A stretch of 64,000 bases of DNA. Origin: Gemmatales bacterium. GTDB lineage: Bacteria; Planctomycetota; Planctomycetia; Gemmatales; HRBIN36. The first letter of the stretch is position 1. Every line of letters starts with the position of its first letter. Positions 12,844 through 22,039 of the stretch are shown in pieces. The notes under the pieces were generated by a model. It was not told where the DNA came from, did not search any database, and saw nothing but the letters and a program-made list of their open reading frames with translations. A program made the position numbers and the translations under genes. Location of the stretch: NCBI GenBank assembly GCA_041640595.1, contig JBEPZY010000008.1, positions 8,484-72,483 of the forward strand, read 5' to 3'.

Positions 12844-13210
12844 GGGGCCATCGTTATTGGGGGTGCGGTGATGGAGTCTGGCAAAACTTTCTGTCGAAGC
12901 GGCGGGTAGGGGGCCAACGTTATTGGGGAGTGGGGCGTACCGGAAATTGCGGCAGCTCCGGGGTTCGCGGGGTTCGGCGAGGGGTTCGCCGGGGAGTGGG
13001 GCGTACCGGAAATTGCGGCAGCTCACCCACGTCGATGCCGTGGGGCCAATGTTATTGGGGACTGGGGGCTTGTTCGACAAGATTGAATCTATTTCTCCGA
13101 TTTGTAGGGGGCCATCGTTATTGGGGAGTGGGGTGGTGGAATGATTCGCGCGTCTATGTACGCCGCAAGTAATCAGCGCCATCGTTATTGGGGGGGTAGG
13201 GTGGTGGAGC
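12844..13210. repeat. Degenerate 66-bp-period repeat array, consensus GGGGCCAWCGTTATTGGGGAGTGGGG, 6 units
   Basis: GTTATT core at 12853, 12919, 13051, 13117 and 13184, plus a half-unit (GGGGAGTGGGG) at 12991. Spacings are 66,66,66,66,67. Confidence 0.85.
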
Positions 13211-13398
13211 GGGATAAGTGTGTGCTAGTCAGGCACGGGTAACGGGAAGTCCGTGCCCGAAATGGGTAGTGTGTCGCGGTCCGTGAACGGTGCCGGGAAA
13301 TGGTTAGTCGGTGGCCGGTCGTGCCGGGGAATTAGCGATGCTTTCGCAACGAGGAATTGAATCCGTGACCGGTGGCTGGGACTTTCGTGACCGGGGGC

Positions 13399-13496
13399 GT
13401 GGAGGAGCGGGATGAGTGAGTGTGATGAACGCTGAATAACGACGCCGGGGAACACGCCCATTGCAGGTGGCGGAACGAGATGAGTGAGTGCGATGA
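13399..13496. repeat. Direct repeat pair, 30 bp (26/30 identical), 38-bp interval
   Basis: gtggaggagcgggatgagtgagtgtgatga (13399) and gtggcggaacgagatgagtgagtgcgatga (13467). A related copy lies at 13201, 198 bp (3x66) upstream. Confidence 0.75.
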
Positions 13497-13675
13497 GGTC
13501 TGCCAAACGGACACGGGATGTGCTGGAACGGAATTGCGCATGATAGTTTTTGGTCGTCGTATGCGAGACTTTGTAAGCGGATAGAGGATGAAACCGTGGC
13601 GAGCGGAAAGAAGTACGGAAGCGGCCAATTTGCGAAAGCGAAAGTACGATAGGGGCGACCAGGATGGTGCGAATT

Positions 13676-13939
13676 TCAAATGATGGGACTGGTGTCGGCT
13701 TTATTGCGTCCGAGGATTTCCTTCTTGACCCAGCGAGCATCGCGGAGGATGTAGAAGTAAACGGAATCGCGGTCTGGCTGAAGGAGGTCTTGCAGGCCGA
13801 GTTTGACAGCTTGCAACTGGGAATAAGTAAGCTCTCCTTCGAAAGCGGAGTTTTGTACCCAGTGCAAATAGCGGCGGAGGAATTGACAGACCTTGGCGAC
13901 GCGTTCCTGCTCGATGTCGTAAACGAGAATGACATACAT
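13676..13939 (-). CDS. cas2: CRISPR-associated endonuclease Cas2
   Basis: 87 aa starting MYVILVYDI, with WVQNSAFEGEL and DSVYFY motifs; directly downstream of cas1. Confidence 0.97.
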   Translation of the reverse strand: MYVILVYDIEQERVAKVCQFLRRYLHWVQNSAFEGELTYSQLQAVKLGLQDLLQPDRDSVYFYILRDARWVKKEILGRNKADTSPII

Positions 13940-13956
13940 GGCAGTGTACCTCGCGG

Positions 13957-15225
13957 TTACCACCAGGCGCGAAGGGCCTGATAAGGTTCGATGCCAAGTA
14001 AGTGGCGTACCAGTTTATAGCATTCCAGTCGAATGAAGCCACGGTAGGAGACGTGGCGAGCCAGGCGACGGTGTTTGACAGTGGTTTGCAATCGGCGTTC
14101 AAACTCCTGTACTATGGTTTTGCGGGCGCGTTCCTTAAGTGCGGCGAAGGCTAGATCCCGCACGAGATCTGCTTCGCTAATCATCTGACGATTGATGAGC
14201 GTGAAAATCATCTTATCCACAATGAGTGGCTTGAAAATCTCAGCGAGGTCCAGCGCTAACGAGAAACGGCGAGTAGCAGGTTCGTGCAGGTAGGAAATGG
14301 CAGGGTGCAAGGGAGTGTGGTAGATTTGCGAAAGAACGGCACTATAAAGGAGCGAATTGCCAAAGCTGAGCAAGGTATTGACCAGGTTATCAGGCGGCCG
14401 CTTCACCCGCTTCAGGAAAGGCGTCTCTAATTGCAGGATTTCGTTGAAAGCCTGGTAGTAGGCTTCGCGTAATCTTCCTTCTGCACCCATAAGGGCGGCG
14501 ATAGAGTCGGCCTGGTCAATTTCAGCGGCGGCCTGGTCGAAGGAAGAAATTGCCGCTTCGACGGCTTTGCCACGGTTGCGATAGTACAAGAGATTGCGTC
14601 GCAGATTATGGCAGGCGCCGCGGGCTATTTCGCGGGCAATGACGAGGCGTTTGCTGGCGTCTGTGTAGTGCTCGACCTGCCGGACGAGCAGGTGTCCCGA
14701 AACGTTCGTTTGACGGGGACAAAAGGAGCCGCTGTAAAAGCCGTAGTAGTTGAAAATATGGATCGGGATAGCTTTCTGGGCCAGGAAATTGAGTAGCCTG
14801 GTGTTGAAAGAAAGTTCACCAAAGACAAAGATTTCAGCGACGTCTTCGACGGGAATGATTCGCCTTGCCGCCGGGGGTGAGCCTGGCGAGTCATTTTGCG
14901 AACCGGCCGAGGAATCGGGCGGAGGCGGGGGAACGTTGTGCGTTTCTGTCCGTGTAAGATCGCCGGTCATCTCCGCTTGCGGTACTTCCCGACAGCAAGC
15001 GGTATCGGTTTGTGACGGTGCAGGATCGCTTGTCGCCTCAGGTTCATGAATTTGCCCAGCGGTTTCCTGTTCGTCTGTTGGTGCAGAATCGCAGGAGGAC
15101 CGCTCTGTCGGCGAAGCGGAGGATTCTTCAGTGTCCGGGGAGTTGCTTGAAGCCCACTCCAGATATAGTGTGTTGCCTTTCCGCCGTAACCGTCCGCTCT
15201 GGAAAATGTAATAGCTTCGTGCCAT
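13957..15225 (-). CDS. cas1: Type I-B Cas1 with a ~95-aa low-complexity insertion near the N-terminus
   Basis: Motifs SYYIFQSGRLRRKGNTLYLE, FNYYGFYSGSF, LMGAEG, RPPDNLVNTLLSFGN, SYLHEP, LDLAEIFKP and a C-terminal WW. Start placed at ATG 15225 by similarity to typical I-B Cas1 N-termini. Confidence 0.97.
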   Translation of the reverse strand: MARSYYIFQSGRLRRKGNTLYLEWASSNSPDTEESSASPTERSSCDSAPTDEQETAGQIHEPEATSDPAPSQTDTACCREVPQAEMTGDLTRTETHNVPPPPPDSSAGSQNDSPGSPPAARRIIPVEDVAEIFVFGELSFNTRLLNFLAQKAIPIHIFNYYGFYSGSFCPRQTNVSGHLLVRQVEHYTDASKRLVIAREIARGACHNLRRNLLYYRNRGKAVEAAISSFDQAAAEIDQADSIAALMGAEGRLREAYYQAFNEILQLETPFLKRVKRPPDNLVNTLLSFGNSLLYSAVLSQIYHTPLHPAISYLHEPATRRFSLALDLAEIFKPLIVDKMIFTLINRQMISEADLVRDLAFAALKERARKTIVQEFERRLQTTVKHRRLARHVSYRGFIRLECYKLVRHLLGIEPYQALRAWW

Positions 15226-15408
15226 GACGGAACCATCCATTCGCAGCGGTATGGAAAAGATTCCCAGCGGGCTTGATTGCCCGATGGCCAACGCTGTCTC
15301 TTTTTCCAGGTGCGAAAATAGGGCTTGGGGCACTCCATGCCGGGCTAAGCCGAAGTACGTAGTCGGCGTTCCGGGTTTCCTGCATGGCCGTGGGGATTGT
15401 TGACTAAT

Positions 15409-15978
15409 TCATCCCCAGCAGAGCTCAGCGTATGCACAGGAGCGACAGAGGGGCATAAATTCGACCAGCGGAGGTACAGGAAGCTGTTCGATGCGGCGGA
15501 TGTCGCGCAGAGCCGCTTCTACCTGCCGCTCAGCCGTCTCGTCGAGCAGCACGGATTCGCGCCGCTTTTCGCGTGGAAAACGCAATTCGCCTGTCAGGCC
15601 TGTCACTCCCAGCCGTTTCAGGTAATAAAGATAGTAAAGCACTTGCAGGCGTGCCGCTTCCCGCATGCGGCGGGAGTATTTGACCTCCAGTACCTTCCCG
15701 GAACCCTCTAACAAGTCAATTTTGATAAGGTTGTCTATCAGTAACTCGCGACGGGACTGGCCACGGTAAGCGCGCTGGTGGAGTAAACGCCCAAGAGTCA
15801 CCCGCTCATTCCTGGTTTCCATACGAATGTCGTGGCTGTATAGCCAGAGTTTCTTCTGACATATCACGTAGTAATTCACCTTGATACCGTTGGTGCGCAG
15901 AGATTCAAACTCTTCGTCGGTGAGCGTCCCGGGTTGCTGAGAAGAAAAATCGAGTTGATCCATGCTAAGTAACTCCAT
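15409..15978 (-). CDS. cas4: CRISPR-associated exonuclease Cas4
   Basis: YYVICQKKLW, KIDLLE, EVKYS, QVLYYLYYLK and C-terminal CRSCAYAELCW Fe-S cysteines. Start codon uncertain (15978 or 15963). Confidence 0.96.
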   Translation of the reverse strand: MELLSMDQLDFSSQQPGTLTDEEFESLRTNGIKVNYYVICQKKLWLYSHDIRMETRNERVTLGRLLHQRAYRGQSRRELLIDNLIKIDLLEGSGKVLEVKYSRRMREAARLQVLYYLYYLKRLGVTGLTGELRFPREKRRESVLLDETAERQVEAALRDIRRIEQLPVPPLVEFMPLCRSCAYAELCWG

Positions 15979-16224
15979 GAGTTGCGCGCCTAGACATTTA
16001 TGCCTATACATGCCCATAAACGGCTCCACCTACTGAGTATTTTATAGTACTCCTGGGCAACCGAATAGCATCGGCAAATTTAGCCCGCACCCTAGCGGCT
16101 CGACTCTACTTTCTTCGGCTAGCATTCCACCGGCGAACCGCGGGCGCACCAGCCCACTATAGCGGGCTTAACTTCGGGTCAGTTCCGGGAAGCGGGAAAA
16201 ACTATCGGTCCCAGCAGTGCTGCG

Positions 16225-16319
16225 ACATAACCTGGATTTCGCCATAATTTTAACTGGGATCGGAAGGCGGCTAGAACACGGCGCGAGCATACATAATCTG
16301 GATTTCGCCATAGGTTTAA
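16225..16319. repeat. Repeat-spacer-repeat unit (29 bp / 37 bp / 29 bp) between cas3 and cas4
   Basis: acataacctggatttcgccataattttaa (16225) and acataatctggatttcgccataggtttaa (16291), 26/29 identical, period exactly 66. Confidence 0.85.
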
Positions 16320-16475
16320 GCCATGCTGTTATAACTCAGCAAGCTATGCTCACTGGGTATGGTTTCACTCGAACCTGGCACTATAAAGCGCTCTATATTG
16401 CGATGCAGGAAGTCAGCCAGAAGTGTTAACGCCGCTCGTGTGTAATAGCGCGAATTAGGGTGGAGCGAAACTGGG

Positions 16476-18656
16476 TTACACAATGGCAACTTGACTCTCG
16501 CCGGAGTCGGAAGGGAACTGCAAACCTAATTCGGAATCATACGGCAGGTAGGTAGCATACGCTCGCAGGTCGGCAATAGCGCAAAACTGCTCCGGAAATT
16601 TGCCGAGCCACCAGATCGGCACAGGTACCAAAAGCTCAGGCAGCCGCCAGGATTCATTTTGTTCCTTGAGCCGGTAGGCTTCCTCGATAAATTGTTCTGG
16701 GAGCACTTCGATAGATACCATCCCCCGCCGTGTGGTAAAGCGCGAGCGCAGTTCATCGTCCGAAAGGTCAATCGTATAGCACCCCAGGATGCGCTGGAGA
16801 TCAGCGACTGTAGCGCGCCCATCGGCAAGCTCTCGTTGCCATTCCTGGCTGGGTACCACACGCTCATAAAGTCGCTGCGTTGCCTCGGCTAAATCCCGAT
16901 CCGTTGGTGTGGGTGGCAACGCTCTAACAATCTCCAAGCTCCAGGCCAATAGCTCCTCTCCATAGACGTATTTAGTTCCTTCTGACCACTGCGTGTAGAT
17001 AATAACGGGTGCGGGAGGTTGCTTTCCTAAACGGTTGACGCGTCCCATTCGTTGTACCAACGCATCGGCCGGTGCTATTTCCGTAATGAGCACATCATAG
17101 GAGATGTCCAGACTCACTTCGACGACCTGAGTGGCAATGAAGATTGTGCCCGGTTGGGCGTGACTAACTTCGTCTTCTTTGGTGGCCCGATCCCGCAAGA
17201 TGAAGCGAGCGTGCAAGAGTGCCAACCTGGGCCAGCCTGATTCCTGTACTATTCGGTAGAAAGTTTGCGCATCACGGATGGTATTGGCAATCACAAGCAC
17301 ACGTTGGCCCTGACGGGCATAGTGAAGGGCTTGTTCGGGGCCTTGCGCTAAGAGGCTGCTCTCTCGGAATTGCATGCGGTGGCGAGTACGCTGCCAAAGC
17401 CCAAGCTCGGCTTCAATAAGTGTTCCACGGGGAAAAAGCCCAAGAAGCGACTCCGGGAGCGTGGCACTGGCTAACGCTAGTCGGGCTGGAGGCTCACTTT
17501 TCAGCGCTTCGAGGAGAAGGCCCAGTGTGTAGGGTTCGTAGGCGTGGATTTCATCCAGTACAACGGTAGCCCGCCGGGCCAGCGTACGACGTTCTTCCCA
17601 ATGACGTCCATGAAGGTGTGCTAGTAGGTATTGGTCGAGCGTGGCCACGGTGACTGGCTTGGCGAAAACCGATCCAAAGAGCCGAGCGTCCAGCGGGTCA
17701 TCGTCAGATTCTTTTCGCAGCAGATAACTTGCCCGTCCGTGGGCGAGTGCCACCTGCTCTTCCCCGTAAATCTTCTGGAGCCGGCGCCACATGGCATTGG
17801 TGGTGGCTTGCGTAGGTAGGAGATACAGCAACCGCTCGGCGTTCCCGGCCCAGAGAAGCAGCGCTTCCGTCTTGCCTGTGCCGGTCGGTGCTCGCAGCCA
17901 AATAACATCTGCGTCCCTGGTGCGTTCAGCGCATAACTGAAACGCACGCGGTGGTTTGTCGAGAGTTCGCAGGTGTGCTTTGACTGCTGAGTCTCCGCTT
18001 TGCAAGAACAACACTGTCGGCTGCAAGCCTTTTGCCGAGGCGAGCCAGTCGGCCAGATGCAACACGGTTTTGACCTGGGCAAACGCCTGCAGAGGCAAGC
18101 CCTGCAAGATGCCCCGCAGCGTTTTGTTTGTGCCATCAAAGGAGAGAGGCATCTCCAGGAGCCCAGCAGGTGAATTCTGTAGCCACTCTTGGAGGGTTCT
18201 CCAGAATTCTCCCACCGATGGCAATCCTTGCACGCCGTGCGACTGAAGCAACTCCCAAACCTGGCGAAGCGCTTGCTCCAGCTCTGGATGGTAAGTGACG
18301 GCTTCGTAGCCTTTATACAACTCCGGTCCTAGCGGCGAATGGTGGGTGAGCACCGCAGCAGTGGCTTCCAGAGCGAGTCGATCCCAGCCGTAATGTTGGG
18401 CAAGTTGAGTTTCGGCAAACAGGATAAAAGGCAACGATGCCAGGGCATGCGGATAGGCTTTTTTTCTCTCCCCTCGGATGTACTTTTGAAAGTCCAGAGT
18501 GCCTTTGCCAATGTCGTGAAACGCGCAGGCGAGCAATGCCTTAACTCGCAACTTTTCTGGCAGGCCTAGCTGGCAGGCAATTTGCAAGCCAAGCGAGGTT
18601 ACCTGTGCGAGATGCTCTATTAGCTCGGCGTCAGGTTTGGCGAGGAGTTGAGCCAT
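16476..18656 (-). CDS. cas3: CRISPR-associated helicase/nuclease Cas3
   Basis: N-terminal HD domain (FHDIGK, THHSPL, LADWLAS), Walker A APTGTGKT, DEIH, SAT, TQVVEVSLDI and QRMGRVNR. Confidence 0.97.
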   Translation of the reverse strand: MAQLLAKPDAELIEHLAQVTSLGLQIACQLGLPEKLRVKALLACAFHDIGKGTLDFQKYIRGERKKAYPHALASLPFILFAETQLAQHYGWDRLALEATAAVLTHHSPLGPELYKGYEAVTYHPELEQALRQVWELLQSHGVQGLPSVGEFWRTLQEWLQNSPAGLLEMPLSFDGTNKTLRGILQGLPLQAFAQVKTVLHLADWLASAKGLQPTVLFLQSGDSAVKAHLRTLDKPPRAFQLCAERTRDADVIWLRAPTGTGKTEALLLWAGNAERLLYLLPTQATTNAMWRRLQKIYGEEQVALAHGRASYLLRKESDDDPLDARLFGSVFAKPVTVATLDQYLLAHLHGRHWEERRTLARRATVVLDEIHAYEPYTLGLLLEALKSEPPARLALASATLPESLLGLFPRGTLIEAELGLWQRTRHRMQFRESSLLAQGPEQALHYARQGQRVLVIANTIRDAQTFYRIVQESGWPRLALLHARFILRDRATKEDEVSHAQPGTIFIATQVVEVSLDISYDVLITEIAPADALVQRMGRVNRLGKQPPAPVIIYTQWSEGTKYVYGEELLAWSLEIVRALPPTPTDRDLAEATQRLYERVVPSQEWQRELADGRATVADLQRILGCYTIDLSDDELRSRFTTRRGMVSIEVLPEQFIEEAYRLKEQNESWRLPELLVPVPIWWLGKFPEQFCAIADLRAYATYLPYDSELGLQFPSDSGESQVAIV

Positions 18657-19357
18657 GTGAAATTTCTTCCATGCCAGTGTAATGCTGGTACCCCAGGCAC
18701 TTCCAGTTCCAGACCGGGTGCAAGGAAGCTCAGTGGAACAGGCGATTCCGGTTGTCGAATGCCTTTGGTATCCACACGAAAACGCAAAGGGAGAGTTTCT
18801 ATGACAGGGGGATCAAACTGCGCTCCGGGTTTCAGGATAGGACGAGCGTCGGGGTGTTTGCGAATATCTATTGGCAGCACAGTGCCCCGGAAACGAGGTA
18901 AACCTTGCGAAGCCTCGGTCAACTGTGATATTTCTTCAACCAGCAGCATTTCGTCCTCCCGACCCAGGGAAAGAGGATATACGGGGTCTTGGAAGGCGTT
19001 TTTTAGTTTGTCCAGCAAGGATGCGTCAGCTCCGTAGAGCAGCGTGTAGCGTGGGAAAAAGAGCAACTCACGGAAATAGGGCGAGCGTTCAGCGATCTTG
19101 CCAGACTTTATCTTGAGCACCGTCCACATGTCGCGAGCACGTCCGGGCTCTTCCTCAATCCATACTGAGACCTTCAGGTTGCTGAGCAAGCTTTTCGGGG
19201 ACCAGAGATCGCGATCGGAAAGGCCCAGCGCTGCACCTGCGATACCCAAAAGCGTGGTAGGTGGCGGCATCGGAAGTGTCCGCTGGTAGTTGTGGTCCAG
19301 CGGTCGCCGGAAGGACGCTACCGTGGCACATACACGAACGGCTACGATTAGCTCCAT
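18620..19357 (-). CDS. cas5: Type I-B Cas5
   Basis: ASFRRP...TLPMPPPTTLLGIAGAALG and SLGRED motifs; between cas7 and cas3. Confidence 0.93.
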   Translation of the reverse strand: MELIVAVRVCATVASFRRPLDHNYQRTLPMPPPTTLLGIAGAALGLSDRDLWSPKSLLSNLKVSVWIEEEPGRARDMWTVLKIKSGKIAERSPYFRELLFFPRYTLLYGADASLLDKLKNAFQDPVYPLSLGREDEMLLVEEISQLTEASQGLPRFRGTVLPIDIRKHPDARPILKPGAQFDPPVIETLPLRFRVDTKGIRQPESPVPLSFLAPGLELEVPGVPALHWHGRNFTWLNSSPNLTPS

Positions 19358-20265
19358 AACCCACCGACATCCTGCTTAGCTTGGGCGAGCGCTTCATGGA
19401 CGGTGAGCACAGCCCCGTACGGCGAGAGTGCCGAGCGGATTTCGTCCTCATTGCCAAAGAGGCCGGGTTCCAGTCCGAAGAGCGTCTGCTCGCGGTAGTC
19501 GTGGCATTTGCCCAGGGCATTTTTGAGCGGTTCCAGCTCCAACGTGTACTTGCCGTCTTCATAGTGGGCAACCAGCGCTTCCAGGAACACCGGATGCTTG
19601 ACCCGAAGCCTCACGTAAGCAAAAAATTTCGGAGAAAGGTCCGCCAGCATCCGCGCTGTGCGTCCGCCGCCCCAAAGGAGGTTGAGCGCTTCGAAAAGCG
19701 TTTGGAGTCTTTTGCGGCGTTCACCAGCGGGAAGGATACGTTCGGCCTCCTCGCCTATCTCTAAGGGTCGGAATACGCCGACCCGGTCGAGCTCCACCAG
19801 CATCGTGCCCTTGAAGAGGTTGGCGTACAGCTCGGTCTCAAACATGTTTCCGCCAGCAGCCAACGCTTGCCCAAAGCGTTCAAAGGAGCGGGTGCCCAGG
19901 TCCCGGTCGCCCTGGAAAGGGAATAGCCCCACCGCTGCCGAGACGCGGACAGGCGAAGTCCGTCGCCGTCCTCCGGAAGGGTCCAAATAGCCAAAGAAGT
20001 CCTCGTCCACGAACTCCCACGGGCGCACGGGCGGAGTGACTTCCTGCCCATCTACCTTGGCGAACGGCTCAGATAGTTGATACCCCAACTCCTCCAGCCG
20101 GTCGCGGAGCATCCGCCGCACAGCTTGCCCAGAAATGTACGGAACGGTGCTACCGTCTGGGAGCGTGACCTTTTTAGCCACCAGCACGTTACCTTCCGTG
20201 TGGGAGGCATTGACGTTGGCCGCGGAAACTTTCATCAGATACCCAACGACAATGGCTTTGCTCAT
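19348..20265 (-). CDS. cas7: Type I-B Cas7 (Cst2/DevR family)
   Basis: PYISGQAVRRMLR, DEDFFGY, RRTSPVRVS, ADLSPKF. Start at ATG 20265 immediately after the cas8 stop. Confidence 0.93.
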   Translation of the reverse strand: MSKAIVVGYLMKVSAANVNASHTEGNVLVAKKVTLPDGSTVPYISGQAVRRMLRDRLEELGYQLSEPFAKVDGQEVTPPVRPWEFVDEDFFGYLDPSGGRRRTSPVRVSAAVGLFPFQGDRDLGTRSFERFGQALAAGGNMFETELYANLFKGTMLVELDRVGVFRPLEIGEEAERILPAGERRKRLQTLFEALNLLWGGGRTARMLADLSPKFFAYVRLRVKHPVFLEALVAHYEDGKYTLELEPLKNALGKCHDYREQTLFGLEPGLFGNEDEIRSALSPYGAVLTVHEALAQAKQDVGGLWS

Positions 20266-20266
20266 G

Positions 20267-21667
20267 TCAGCTCTCCTGCATTGGTTGCATTTCCTCTGTT
20301 TGCGGAGCACCCCTCCGCAAATACGCGTTCATGGCGTAGATGGAAAGGAGTGTCTTGACCCGGAGCCAGGGGACACCGGCGATACGTTCGCCCTTCTCGA
20401 TGCGCAATACTGCCTCGGGGATGGTGACCCCCAGACGAAATTGCGCGTCGTTGAGCATGCGGTAGAAGTCCTCGGGATTCTTGGCATTGCGCAGGGCATA
20501 GAGCAGACCCATCTCGTTGTGCTGTTGGGCTGCCGCGCCCAGCGAATGCCCAAAGCCTGCCAGCGTGCGTTGGAATTGCTCATCCATTGGGAAGACCTCC
20601 TGCAAGTATTGATTCAAAACTTCAATTGTGCCTCGGACCAGAGGGCGGCGGTTCCGCTCCTCTTCTCGGGCACGGACATCGAACAGGAACTGCTCGACAA
20701 AAGGCGCGGGGTCGCCAAACTCCAAGATCGCCCAAGCGATGCGGTCCCGCCAGATGCTCTCCCGGTTTTGTCCCTGCTGAGCCCAGAATTGACCGAAGAT
20801 CAGCCCCAATTGGCGATGCGGATTATCCACCCTAAGCTTTTGAGCAAGCAGCTTCACCCAGCCTTTGTACATCCGGAAAAGCCGCTGCAGCTTGGAGAAC
20901 TCCCGCAGGGCTTTCATCTGGAAGGCTTGTCCGGGCGTGCCGGTGATGGCATAGAGCGTGACGGGAGGCGGCGGACGATTCGTTGCTCCCAGGAGAGTCG
21001 CCAGAAGCTGGCGTGCACCTTCTGGGAGTACATTCGACTGCTGAACTTCCTGAAAGAGCGCTAGAAGCAACCCTAATGTTGTCTCATTCACATACGGGCC
21101 CGAAAATACTACGGGCGCGGTGCCACCTTTCTTACCTGCCACGCGCAGTGGTTCCAAAACCTGCCCGTGCAACCGCTCCATCTCCCGCAAGTCGGAGTGA
21201 AATATGAAGAAATGCAGGGCATCACGTCCCTGGGCTTTCCAGAGCCAGCCGAGATAGCCTGCCAGTCCTGCCAGGGCACACCGGGCACACAGCCGCAAAC
21301 CACGTTTGGTGCCGGGATAGAACGTGCCGAACTTCTGCGGATCCACTACGAAGGGGTACATCCACATTTTGGCGTCAATCGTTGCCCCAGCTTGGCTACA
21401 TATATCGCAGCTAACTTTACGGTCGCGAAGGTCCCGAACAAGATTTTGCGGACGTGCCTGCAAGTTAATAAACTTATTAGCGGGGTATAGCCAACCTTTT
21501 CCTTCGCCTTTGAGTCGGCTGAGAAGCCACGCTAGCACGCTCTCGATTTCGTGTTCCCCCTGCCCAAACTGCCGCAGGAGGACTACGAGTCCCGTGTCCA
21601 CCCAGAAGTTACCCGTGGCGTTGTCCCACGCCAACTTTACTGTCGCAGTGGTGTGTGTCTGCTTCAT
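20267..21667 (-). CDS. cas8: Type I-B large subunit Cas8 (Cst1-like, CXXC-CXXC)
   Basis: TGNFWVDTGL N-terminus, CDIC and LCARC zinc motifs, helical C-terminus; first gene of cas8-7-5-3. Confidence 0.85.
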   Translation of the reverse strand: MKQTHTTATVKLAWDNATGNFWVDTGLVVLLRQFGQGEHEIESVLAWLLSRLKGEGKGWLYPANKFINLQARPQNLVRDLRDRKVSCDICSQAGATIDAKMWMYPFVVDPQKFGTFYPGTKRGLRLCARCALAGLAGYLGWLWKAQGRDALHFFIFHSDLREMERLHGQVLEPLRVAGKKGGTAPVVFSGPYVNETTLGLLLALFQEVQQSNVLPEGARQLLATLLGATNRPPPPVTLYAITGTPGQAFQMKALREFSKLQRLFRMYKGWVKLLAQKLRVDNPHRQLGLIFGQFWAQQGQNRESIWRDRIAWAILEFGDPAPFVEQFLFDVRAREEERNRRPLVRGTIEVLNQYLQEVFPMDEQFQRTLAGFGHSLGAAAQQHNEMGLLYALRNAKNPEDFYRMLNDAQFRLGVTIPEAVLRIEKGERIAGVPWLRVKTLLSIYAMNAYLRRGAPQTEEMQPMQES

Positions 21668-21679
21668 CGAATGATCTCG

Positions 21680-21913
21680 CTACGTGCTACGGTCAAAAAT
21701 ACAAACTTCCCCGGTAACGGGGGAGAAGTACAGAACCGGTTCGCCACGCCATGCAGAACGTGTGCAATGGTCAAGTACATCCAGACTGGAGTCTGTCCGG
21801 TTGAGCACGATCTCAGTCCCTCGGCCAGTCAGTTCCTTGGCGTGTTCGATGTAGCGCGGCAGTTCGTTTAACCATGCAGTGTCCGGATAGAAGGCGCGCT
21901 AGTCGACGGCCAC
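21680..21913 (-). pseudogene. csx3: Csx3-like (Crn3 ring nuclease family) pseudogene
   Basis: Manual translation: VAVD*RAFYPDTAWLNELPRYIEHAKELTGRGTEIVL /+1/ TGQTPVWMYLTIAHVLHGVANR /-1/ LYFSPVTGEVCIFDRST*. This fits the short Csx3 pattern LTG..PVWxYLxIAHxLHG...SPVTGxVxIFD. One in-frame TAG and two compensating frameshifts. Not in the ORF track. Confidence 0.75.
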
Positions 21914-22039
21914 GCAGGCACCAGGCAAGACGACAACGGGTACCAAGTTAACCAGTGCCCGGAGTTTCTGCGGAACCCTGCTGCTGGATGTGTTTGCGAC
22001 CCACCAGTGCCGAGTAAAGCTGTGCGCGGAGTTTCTGCC

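Noticed and set aside
13334..13363. ...GAGGAATTGAATC resembling a CRISPR repeat 3' end on +
   Set aside because: Only about 12/30 identity to the repeat, opposite orientation and no partner copy; compatible with chance.
12582..13935. ORFs 12582..13172, 12715..13182, 13225..13935 and 13332..13679
   Set aside because: Low-complexity products of the G-rich repeat region or shadows of cas2, with no recognisable domain. The 67-bp last period breaks the 22-aa repeat frame.
16217..16429. 70-aa ORF in the cas3-cas4 gap as a possible toxin
   Set aside because: Opposite strand to the operon, GTG start without a clear RBS, and its HNLDFAI duplication merely reflects the DNA repeat.
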